Of a DNA stretch of 64,000 bases, positions 47,890 through 58,544 are shown in pieces. Both the position numbers and the translations under genes were made by a program. Position 1 is the first letter of the stretch, and each line of letters begins with the position of its first letter. The stretch is from Somniosus microcephalus. Its lineage: Eukaryota. The notes under the pieces were generated by a model. That model did not search any database. It had not been told where the DNA came from and worked only from the letters and a program-made list of their open reading frames with translations. The stretch is taken from positions 257,238,001 through 257,302,000 of the forward strand of contig CM126204.1 of assembly GCA_052327205.1 (NCBI GenBank). Reading direction: 5' to 3'.

Positions 47890-50800
47890 TTTATTTTTTA
47901 TTTTTTATTCATTGATGGGATGTGGGCGTCGCTGGCTGGCTAGGCCTGCATTTAGTGCCCATCCCTAATTGCCCTTGAGAAGATGGTGGTGAGCCGCCGC
48001 CTTGAACTGCTGCAGTCCATATGGTGTAGGTACACCCACAATGCTGTTAGGAAGGGAGTTCCAGGATTTTGGCCCAGCGACAGTGAAGGAACGGCGATAC
48101 AGGTCCAAGTCAGGATGGTATGTGGCTTGGAGGGGAACGTGTAGGTGGTGATGTTCCCATGCGTCTGCTGCCCTTGTCCTAAGTGGTAGAGGTCGCGGGT
48201 TTGGAAGGTGCTGTTGAAGGAGCTTTGGCGAGTTGCTGCAGTGCATCTTGTAGATGGTACACACTGCAGCCACAGTGCGCCAGTGGTGGAGGGAGTGAAT
48301 GTTGAAGGTGGTGGATGGAGTGCCAATCAAGCGGGCTGCTTTATCCTGAATGGTGTCGAGCTTCTTGAGTGTTGTTGGAGCTGCACTCATCCAGGCAAGT
48401 GGAGAGTATTCCATCACACTCCTGACTTGTGCCTTGTAGATGGTGGAAAGGCTTTGGGGAGTCAGGAGGTGAGACACTCGCCGCAGAATTCCCAGCCTCT
48501 GGCCTGCTCTTGTAGCCACAGTATTTATATGGCTGGTCCAGTTCAGTTTCTGATCAATGGTAACCCCCAGGATGTTGATAGTGGGGGATTCAGCGATGGT
48601 AATGCCATTGAATGTCAAGGGGAGATGGTTAGAGTCTCGCTTGTTGGAGATGGTCATTGCCTGGCACTTGTGTGGTGCGAATGTTACTTGCCACTTGTCA
48701 GCCCAAATCTGAATGTTGTCTAGGTCTTGTTGCATATGGACACGGACTGCGTCAGTATCTGACGAGTCTCGAATGGTGCTGAACAGTGTGCAATCATCAG
48801 CGAACATCCCCACTTCTGACCTTATGATGGAGGGAAGGTCATTGATGAAACAGCTGAAGATGGTTGGGCCTAGGACACTGCCCTGAGGAACTCCTGCAGT
48901 GATGTCATGTGATTGAGATGAATGACCTCCAACAACCACAGCCAACTTCCTTTGTGCCAGGTATGATTCCAACCAATGGAGAGTTTTCCCCTTGATTCCC
49001 ATTGACTTCAGTTTTGCTAGGGCTCCTTGATGCCACACTCGATCAAATGCTGCCTTGATGTCAAGGGCAGTCACTCTCACCTCACCTCTTGAGTTCGGCT
49101 CTTTTGTCCATGTTTGGACCAAGGCTGTAATGAGGTCAGGAGCTGAGTGGCCCTGGCGGAACCCAAACTGGGCATCAGTTAGCAGGTTATTGCTGAGTAA
49201 GTGCCGCTTAATAGCACTGTCAACGACACCTTCCATCACTTTGCTGATGATTGAGAGTAGACTGATGGGACGGTAATTGGCCGGGTCGGATTTGTCCTGC
49301 TTTTTGTAGACAGGACATACTTGGGCAATTTTCCACATTGCCGGGTAGATGCTAGTGTTGTAGCTGTACTGGAACAGCTTGGCTAGGGGCGCAGCTAGTT
49401 CTGGAGCACAAGCCTTCAGTACTATTGCCGGAATGTTGTCAGGGCCCATAGCCTTTGCAGTATCCAGTGTCTTCAGCCGTTTCTTGACATCACGTGGAGT
49501 GAATTGAATGGGCTGAAGACTGGCATCTGTGATGCTGGGGACCTCAGGAGGAGGCCGAGATGGATCATCCACTCGGCACTTCTGGCTGAAGATAGTTGCG
49601 AATGCTTCAGCCTTGTCTTTTGCACTCACGTGCTGGGCTCCACCATCATTGAGGATGGGGATATTTTTGGAGCTTCCTCCTCCTGTTAACTGTTTAATTG
49701 TCCACCACCACTCACGACTGGATGTGGCAGGACTGCAGAGCTTTGATTTGATCCGATGGTTGTGAGATCGCTTAGCTCTGTTTATCGCATGTTGCTTCCG
49801 TTGTTTGGCATACAAGTAGTCCTGTGTTGTAGCCTCACCAGGTTGACACCTCATTTTTCGGTATGCCTGGTGCTGTTCCCGGCATGCTCTCCTGCACTCT
49901 TAGTTAAACCAGGGTTGATCTCCCGGCTTGATGGTAATGGTAGAGTGAGGGATATGCCGGGCCATGAGGTTACAGATTGTGGTTGAATACAATTCTGCTG
50001 CTGCTGATGGCCCACAGCACCTCATGGATGCCCAGTTTTGAGTTTCCAGATCTGTTCGAAATCTGTCCCATTTAGCACGGTGGTAGTGTCACACAACACG
50101 GTGGAGGGTATCCTCAACATGAAGATGGGACTTCGTCTCCACAAGGACTGTGCGGTGGTCACTTCCACCAATGCTGTCATGGACAGATGCATCTGCAACA
50201 GGTAGATTGGTGAGGACGAGATCAAGTAGGTTTTTCCCTTTTGTTGGTTCCCTCACCACCTGTCGCAGCCCCAGTCTGGCAGCTATGTCCTTTAGGACTC
50301 GGCCAGCTCGGTCAGTTGTGGTGCTACCGAGCCACTCTTGGTGATGGACATTGAAGTCCCCCACCCAGAGGATATTTTGTGCCCTTGCTACTCTCAGTGC
50401 TTCTTCCAATTGGTGTTCAACATGAAGGAGTAGTGATTCATCAGCTGAGGGAGGGCGGTAGGTGGTAATTAGCAGGAGGTTTTCTTGCCCATGTTTGACT
50501 TGATGCCATGAGACCTCATGGGGTCCTGAGTCAATGTTGAGGACTCCCAGGGCTACTCCCTCCCGACTGTATACCACGGTGCCACCACCTCTGGTGGGTC
50601 TGTCCTGCCGGTGGGACAGTACATAACCAGGGATGGTGATGGTGGTGTCTGGGACATTGGTTGTAAGGTATGATTCGGTAATTATGACTATGTCAGGCTG
50701 TTGCTTGACTAGTCTGTGGGACAGCTCTCCCAATTTTGGCACAAGCCCCCAGATGTTGGTAAGGAGGACTTTGCAGGGTCGACAGGGCTGGGTTTGCCGT

Positions 50801-51182
50801 TGTCATTGTCGTTTCCGGTGCCGGGTGATCCATCCGGTTTTATTCTTATTGTTTTTCGTAGCGGTTGTTTACAACTGAGTGGCTTGCTAGGCCATTTCAG
50901 AGAGCATTAAGAGTCAACCACATTGCTGTGGGTCTGGAGTCACATGTAGGCCAGACGATTTCCTTCCCTAAAGGACATTAGTGAACCAGATGGGTTTTTG
51001 CAACAATCGACAATGGTATCATGGTCGCCATTACTAAGACTAACATTTAATTCCAGAATTAAATTGAATTGAATTTAAATTCCACCAGCTGCCGTGGTGG
51101 GATTTGAACCCATATCCTCAGAGCATTTGACTGAGCCTCTGGCTTACTAGTCCAGTGACATAACCACTACGCCACCGCCTCC
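47890..51182 (-). mobile_element. Full-length tRNA-headed single-ORF LINE (APE + RT, CR1-group; Zenon-like motifs)
   Basis: tRNA head (A box TGGCGTAGTGG 51174-51164, B box GGTTCAAATCC 51110-51100), ~380-nt leader, APE (GDFN, SDH) and RT ([12 protein letters not shown]) in one frame with two nonsense codons (50089, ~49900), A-rich tail. Confidence 0.92.
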
Positions 51183-52694
51183 CCTGATCTTGGCTGCACT
51201 GCCTCCCATGGTCGAATAGCCCTTACAGTGTGTAAAGTGGTGATTGTGCATGTGATTTTCATGAGAGGCCCATAGGTCTTGGATGAGGGCTGGGCATTGG
51301 GGCTTTCAGGACCCTTTGGCCATAAAGTGAGGTGCACATGCAGGGATGAAGAGGATACTGGAAAGGGTACTCACCCTGATAACCCGAGTGAGGTCATTGA
51401 ACTTCTTCCTGCATTGCGTTGGGGTCCTAGGTACCATGCTGCTGGAGGTCACTCTGTGTGCCACCTCCCTCCAAGCTTTTCGATATTCGTTGGGTAGCGA
51501 CCTCCTGCCACTGTCCAGAAAGAGGATAGGTCGCCTGTGCTCCACTGCGCCAACCAGGACCTTCAGGGCCCCCTCACTGAAGCGCTGCGCTCGCTCCCTG
51601 CCCCTCTCCATGGTCGTAGGCGTAACGATGTCGCAGCAGGTCTTTCCAGGCCTAGAATCAGGGCTCCAATGTGCAGGGCGTGGCTGCAAGCCAAATCGAC
51701 CCTCCCCCTTTAAGAGGTGACCGGCGCCAGCATGTCTGCCTGCAATCGCTAACTGGCCGCACCTGCGCTGCGCCCGCCCTCGGTGGTAGCGCCTTGCCTC
51801 TCCAGCTTAGCGCCTTAGGATAGTCGTGCAGCGCCTGCTTTAGTGCAGCAAGAACCTCTTGGGGCAATGCAACTCAATTTTGCTGAAGGTGGCGCTAAGT
51901 TGCGCCAGGCGCTAAATTTAGCGTACGCTCGACTGTAGCGCCCCAAACATGGCGATACTGAATTTCTAGGCCCACATTTTTAAAATGAGTTGAAATTACA
52001 ATAAATTAAATATTTTAAATATTTTTTGAATAAAATAATTAAAGTTTTTTTACGGGGCTAAAAATAAACTTACCTTTTTTTAAAAGTATTTTTAAATGCT
52101 AAATGAGTGAAAACATTTTTTAAAAACTTTTTTCAGCTCATATGCTGGTAAAAGCAGGCCTTTCGGAAAGCGGAACTCTCCACCCGCAGAGGCCCTTCTC
52201 TAGGGCAGGCTTCCGATCTGTCAAGAGCATTCTTGACAAATCGGAAATGCCGGTTTTCAGCGCATGTGCTTGGCATGCCTGAAACTGACATTTCCGATGT
52301 CCCTACGGGTGTGTACACAGCGCGAACACACCCGTAGGCATCGGAATATATGGCCCATTGTGTTATCTGCATCTGTACATTAAGCCCCTGTTCTGTGATA
52401 GGCTTTGGCACCCTGAAGAAAATTCCCAATACTTAAAACAAAACTCACAACATTCTTCAGCCAGGAAGAAAGAGAAAGGCTGCCTGCTCTATAATCACTG
52501 CCAATGCTGTTCCTCAGGAAGGTCATCTTTTCCAAGACTTCAAGAGGCCTTAAAGTAATTATCAAATGTATTGGATATCGAGCAAAAAGAGAGACTCCCA
52601 AAATTAAGGAATGTATTAGGAAGGAATTGAAGAAGCCAGCAGCAAATTCTAAATACTTCCTCCATTATAACACAAGTTTTGGCTACTTCCCATG

Positions 52695-54212
52695 ATAGCT
52701 GATGTTGTTGGTTCCCTCTCCTCAAATACTGTCATCCTCCCCTTCAAATCTGCCGTCATCACCCCTCTCCTCAAAAAACCCCACCCTTGACTCCTCTGTC
52801 CTTGCAAACTACCACCCCATCTCCAACCTCCCTTTCCTCTCCAAAGTCCTTGAACGTATTGTCGCCTCCCAAATCCATGCCTATTTTTCGCAAAATTCCA
52901 TGTTTGAACCACTCCAATCAGGTTTCCACTCCTGCCACAGTACTGAAACAACTCTTATCAAAGTCACAAATGACATTCTAAGTGACTGTGACCATGGTAG
53001 ACTATCCCTCCTCATCCTTCTCAACCTACCTGCAGCCTTCAATACAGTTGACCACACCATCCTCCTCCAACGCCTCTCCTGGTTCCATTCTTACCTATCA
53101 AATCGTAGCCAGAGAATTGCCTGCAATGACTTCTCTTCCCGCTCCCGCACTGTTACCTCTGGAGTCTCCCAAGGATCTATCTTTGGCCCCCTTTTATTTC
53201 TCATTTACATGCTGCCCCTTGGCGACATCATCCAAAAACACATCAGGTTCCACGTGTACATTGACAACACTCAGCTCGATCTCACCACCACCTCTCTCAA
53301 ACCCTCCACTGTCTCTGATTTGTCAGACTGCTTGTCTGACGTCTAATATTGGATGAGCAGAAATTTCCTCCAACTAAATATTGGGAAGACTGAAGCAACT
53401 GGCTTTGGTCCCTGCCACAAACTCCATTCACTGGTCACCGTTTCCATCCCTGGCAACTGTCTGAAGCTGAGCCAGACCACTTCCATCTTTGGTGTTGTGT
53501 TTGATCCTCGAGATGAGCTTCCAACCTCATATCTGCTCCATCACCAAGACTGTCTACTTCCACCTCCATAACATCGCCTGACTCTGCCCTGCCTCAGCTC
53601 ATCTGCTGCTGAAACCCTCATCCAAGCCTTTGTTACCTCTAGACTTGACTATTCCAATGCTCTTCTGGCCGGCCTCTCATCTTCCACCCTCCATAAACTT
53701 GTGCTCATCCAAAACTCTGCTGCCCATATCTTAACCCGCACCAAGTCCCATCACCCATCACCTCTGTGCTTGCTGACCTACACTGGCTCCCGGTCCAACA
53801 ATGCCTCAGTTTTAAAATCTTCATCCTTCGTTTCAAATCCCTCCATGGCCTCGCCGCTCCCCATCTCTGAAGCTTCTTCCAGCCCTACAAGCCTTCAAGA
53901 TCTCTATGTTCCTCCAATTCTGGCATCTTGCACATCCCCAATTTAAATCGCTCCACCATTGGCGGCTGCGCTTTCAGCTGCCTTGGCCCTAAGCTCTGGA
54001 ATTCCCTCCCTAAACCTCTGCGCCTCTATACCTCTCTCTCCTCCTTTACGATATTCCTTAAAACCTATCTCTTTGACCAAGCTTTTGGTCATATGTCCTG
54101 GTATCTCCTTATGTGGCTCGATGTCAATTTTCTTTTACTGATAACACTCTCCTTAAGTGCCTTGGGGCTTTTTGGTACGTTAAAAGCGCTATATAAATGC
54201 AAGTTGTTGTTC
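52695..54212 (+). mobile_element. L2-clade LINE 3' portion
   Basis: [29 protein letters not shown]; L2 tail AAAAGCGCTATATAAATGCAAGTTGTTG. Confidence 0.88.
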
Positions 54213-54540
54213 CCAACCATTGCATTATAAAAAGGGTTCAACTCTATTCTGAGCAATTCAGCAAGTGTAATAGGAGACATTGTCTGATGTTGCGCTGCTG
54301 TGTGATCAGGGCAAGTCTGCAGCAACTGGGCTCAGTGCATTGTAGATATACCACGGGAATCCTTAGATGCTGACCTGGTCTGAAGGAAATAATTTGGGGC
54401 AAGGTAGTAATGAGCAGAGATACAACTGTTATGAGGTGGAATTGAAAGGTTCAGCAGGGCTCCATACACTGGTGGAGAGAATATGTGGGACTGATCATTT
54501 TATAAGACAAGGGAGGAGATATTCTGTATAAAATATGCGT

Positions 54541-54755
54541 AAAGAATGAAAGACTTGCATTTATATCGCGCCTTTCATGACCTCAGGACATCCCAAAGCA
54601 CTTTACGGCCAATGAAGTACTTTTGACATGCAGGCAGTGTAGTAATGTAGGCAACGTGGCGGCCAATTTGAACACAGCAAGCTCCCACAAAGAGCAATGA
54701 AATAAATGACCAGATCATCTGTTTTAGGTGTTGGTTGAGGGATAAACGTTGGCCT
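54541..54755 (-). mobile_element. Deu-domain SINE 3' part
   Basis: Reverse-complement homologue of 23572-23764. Confidence 0.7.
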
Positions 54756-56728
54756 AGTTCTGGTCTCCCCCACAAGTGGAAACTTCTTCTCTACGTCTAC
54801 CCTATCAAACACTTTCATAATCTTAAAGACCTCTATTAGGTCACCCCTCAGTATTCTCTGTTCTGGAGAAAAGAGCCCCAGCCCGTTCAGTTTTTCCTGA
54901 TTGGTATATCCTCTCAGTTCTGGTATCATTAGAATCATAGAGAATCATAGAGTTATACAGCACAGAAAGAGGCCCTTCGGCCCATCGCATCCGCGCCGGC
55001 CATCAAGCCCTGTCTAATCTAATCCCATTTTCCAGCATTTGGTCCGTAGCCTTGTATGCTATGGCATTTCAAGTGCTCATCCAAATGCTTCTTGAGTGTT
55101 GTGAGGGTTCCTACCTCTACCACCATTTCAGGCAGTGAGTTCCAGATTCCAACCACCCTCTGGGTGAAAAAGTTTTTCCTCAAATCCCCTCTAAACCTCC
55201 TGCCCCTTACCTTGAATCTATGCCCCCTTGTTATTGACCCCTCTACTAAGGGGAAAAGTTCCTTTCTATCTACCCTATCTATGCCCCTCATAATTATGTA
55301 CACCTCCTCTGCTCTGCTCCAAGGAAAACAACCCCAGCCTGTCCAGTCTTTCTTCATAGCTGAAGCGCTCCAGCCCAGGTAACATCCTGGTAAATCTCCT
55401 CTGCACCCTCTCCAAAGCAATCACATCCTTCCTACAGTGTGATGACCAGAACTGCACACAGTACTCCAGCTGTGGCCTTACCAGCGTTTTGTACAGCTCC
55501 ATCATAACCTCCCTGCTCTTATATTCTATGCCTCGGCTAATGAAGGCAAGTATCCCATATGCCTTTTTAACCACCTTATCCACCTGTTCTGCTGCCTTCA
55601 GGGATCTATGTACATGCACACCAAGGTCCCTCTGATCCTCTGTCTTTCCTAGGGTCTTACCATTCATTGTGTATTCCCTTGCCTTGTTAGTCCGTCCAAA
55701 ATGCATCACCTCACACTTTTCAGGGTTAAATTCCATTTGCCACTGTTCCGCCCATCTGACCAACCCATCTATATCGTCCTGTAGCCTGAGGCTTCCCTCC
55801 TCGCTATTTACCACCCCACCAATTTTCGTGTCATCTGCGAACTTACTGATCATACCTTTTACATTCACATCCAAATCATTAATGTAGACCACAAACAGCA
55901 AGGGACCCAGCACCGATCCCTGCGGTACCCCACTGGACACAGGCTTCCAGTCACAAAAACAACCTTCCACAATCACCCTCTGCCTTCTGCCACTAAGCCA
56001 GTTTTGGATCCAATGTGCCAAGGCACCCTGGATCCCATGGGCTCTTACCTTCCTGACCAGTCTCCTATGCGGGACTTTATCAAAAGCCTTACTGAAATCC
56101 ATGTAAACCACATCCACTGCACTACCCTCATCCACACACCTAGTCACCCCCTCGAAAAATTCAATCAAATTGGTCAGACATGATCTTCCCTTGACAAAGC
56201 CATGCTGGCTATCCCTAATTAATCCTTGCCTCTCCAAGTGGAGACTAATTCTGTCCCTCAGAATTTTTTCCAATAATTTCCCTACCACTGATGTTAGGCC
56301 CACTGGCCTGTAATTCCCTGGTTTATCCCTACTACCCTTCTTGAATAATGGTACTATGTTAGCTGTTCTCCAGTCCTCTGGCACATCCCCTGTGGCCAGA
56401 GAGGTTCTGAAAATTTGTGTCAGAGCCCCTGCAATCTCCTCCTTTGCCTCACATAGTAGCCTGGGATACATCTCGTCCGGGCCTGGGGATTTATCCACTT
56501 TTAAGCCTGCTAAAACCACAGGTACCTCCTCCCTCTTGATGCTAATATGTTCAAGTATATCACAGTCCCCCTGCCCAATTTCTATGTCCACATCGTCCTT
56601 CTCCATAGTGAACACAGATGCAAAAAATTCATTTAAAACCCCACCTACATCTTCTGGTTCTACACACAGCTTGCCACTTTGGTCCCTAATGGGCCCTACT
56701 CTTTCCCTAGTTATCCTCTTGCCCTTAA
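54756..56728 (-). mobile_element. CR1-clade LINEs (main copy 54930-56728, which resumes at 62542 after the Helitron)
   Basis: RT ORF 55275-56615 ([26 protein letters not shown]); tail ATCATAGA..GGCCCTTCGGCCCATC; junction GCCCTTAA|TATACTTATAAAA spans the Helitron. Confidence 0.9.
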
Positions 56729-57564
56729 TCTATAAATATAAAAGACCTCTTCTGTCTGTCTGGATGTCTGACTGTCTGTCCGTGTTCAAAGACCTCTTCT
56801 GTCTGTCTGGATGTCTGTCTGTCTGTCCGTGTTCTATACGTTTGAAAGTTATAGAGCGTACCGATGCGCGCGTCGCCTCAAAAGAAAGCTTGCGATTCCG
56901 GACCGGTCATAGGCGTATTTACGTTTCGGCTGGACAAAGATCGCGCCCGCGGTATCCAAAAAACGTTCAACGTTCCGCTCATTAGCATCTCAATAGCGAC
57001 CGTGTGACGTCGAGGTCGACCAATCGGACGGCGGGTTCCTGGCGCATGCCATCCTACAGTTGAGTGTCGAGTGACTTGACGATTGACCAATCCTACGCTT
57101 CGGTGACCTGACCGGTCGACCAATCAGTGCGTGTGTGGGCGGGCCTGATCCTTCTGAACCGAGGTGAGTGGCCACCGTCTTGCTTCCATTCTTTTTCCTG
57201 CTTTCTGCGTCTTTCTTTTCAAATATACATTTCCAGCAAAATAAAATTGAATTTATTAAATTGTTTTAAAAAAAACTTCATTCATTTGTAAATATTTTTT
57301 CTAACCTGAACATTCTTTTTCCTACCTTTTCCCGTTTTTTTGTTAGGCCTGAAAGCCTGGGCCTTTCTTGCCCAGCCAGGCCCGAGCTAGGGCTTCTGCT
57401 AAGCTCCTCACCGCCGCCCCCCCCGTCACTTTACCCGGGGCAACGGCGTCAGCCACGAGGGTCAGGGTGCGAGCGCAGCAGGAGCAGCTGAGACGCGGCG
57501 TCGGATCTCGGCCTTGGTGAGCGGTAAGGGTTACCCCGGCAACCGGCAATCGGCGGACTTCAAG

Positions 57565-58340
57565 CCGGCTCGGCCGGGGGGGGGGGGGCGGCGGGGCTCT
57601 GAGAGCGGGGCGGCTGGTGCTTGGAGAGCGGGGCTCTCGGCCGGGGGGGTGGGGCTCGGAGAGCGGGGCTCTCGGCCGGGGGGGGCGGGGCTCGGAGAGC
57701 GGGGCTCTCGGCCGGGGGGGCGGGGCTCGGAGAGCGGGGCTCTCGGCCGGGGGGGGGCGGGGCTCGGAGAGCGGGGCTCTCGTCCGGGGGGGTGGGGCTC
57801 GGAGAGCGGGGCTCTCAGCCGGGGGGGGGGCGGGGCTCGGAGAGCGGGGCTCTCGGCCAGGGGGGGCGGGGCTCGGAGAGCGGGGCTCTCGGCCGGGGGG
57901 GGGGTGCGGGGCTCGGAGAGCGGGGCGGCTGGGGCTTGGAGAGCGGGGCTCTCGACAGTGCGGGGCGGGACGCTGGGGCTTCAAGAGCGCGGCTCTCGGC
58001 CGGGGGGGGGCGGGGCTCGGAGAGCGCGGCTCTCGGCCGGGGGGGCGGGGCTCGGAGAGCGGGGCTCTCGGCCGGGGGGGGGCGGGGCTCGGAGAGCGGG
58101 GCTCTCGGCCAGGGGGGGCGGGGCTCGGAGAGCGGGGCTCTCGGCCGGGGGGGGGCGGGGCTCGGAGGGCGGGGCGGTTGGGGCTTGGAGAGCGGGGCTC
58201 TCGGCAGTGCGGGGCGGGGTGCTGGGGCTTCAAGAGCGCGGCTCTCGGCCAGGGGGGTGGGGCTCGGAGAGCACGGCTCTCGGCCGGGGGGGGCGGGGCT
58301 CGGAGAGCGCGGCTCTCGGCCGGGGGGGGGCGGGGCGGCG
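57565..58340. repeat. G-rich ~35-bp minisatellite (GGGGCTCGGAGAGCGGGGCTCTCGGCC-Gn)
   Basis: About 20 units with variable-length G runs. Confidence 0.93.
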
Positions 58341-58544
58341 CGGCAGGGTTACCCCGGCAACCGGGCATGCCCACAGAACCACAGAAACCCCACAGTGCAG
58401 ATAGAGGCCATTTCGGCCCATCAGCCTCAAGCCCTCCCTTCCTCCCTCCCCCCCGCCCTCGCTCCCTCCCCCCCCTTCCCCTTCCTCCCCCCCTCCCTTC
58501 CCCCCCCCGGGAGGGAGGGCGCCGACCTCGGGAGGGAGGGAGGC

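Larger units (their letters stand above)
46373..51611 (-). pseudogene. Harbinger ORF2 Myb/SANT-like protein, spliced
   Basis: Predicted exons 51611-51375 (RAQRFSEGAL...W..VA...QCRKKFNDL), 47654-47492 (GKLAHNRRQHQQTGGG), 47332-46373; one frameshift in a G run near 47170. Confidence 0.78.
44113..51972 (+). mobile_element. PIF/Harbinger DNA transposon, full length (element 2), with nested SINE and LINE
   Basis: 16-bp TIR GGCCTAGAAATTCAGT, TSD CAC; transposase on +, Myb ORF2 on -. Confidence 0.92.
43798..52356. mobile_element. Non-autonomous Harbinger-type element (~700 bp) split by Harbinger element 2
   Basis: Imperfect TIR GGCCCGTATTTTCCGAT / ATCGGAATATATGGCCC; flanks ATA/ATT; AT-rich core interrupted at 44112/51973. 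Confidence 0.7.

Noticed and set aside
51085-51182. Functional tRNA genes at the tRNA-like sequences (also 6503, 26372, 45364)
   Set aside because: Each is the head of a SINE or LINE, continuing into repeat body without a terminator, and the cloverleaf is imperfect or has insertions.
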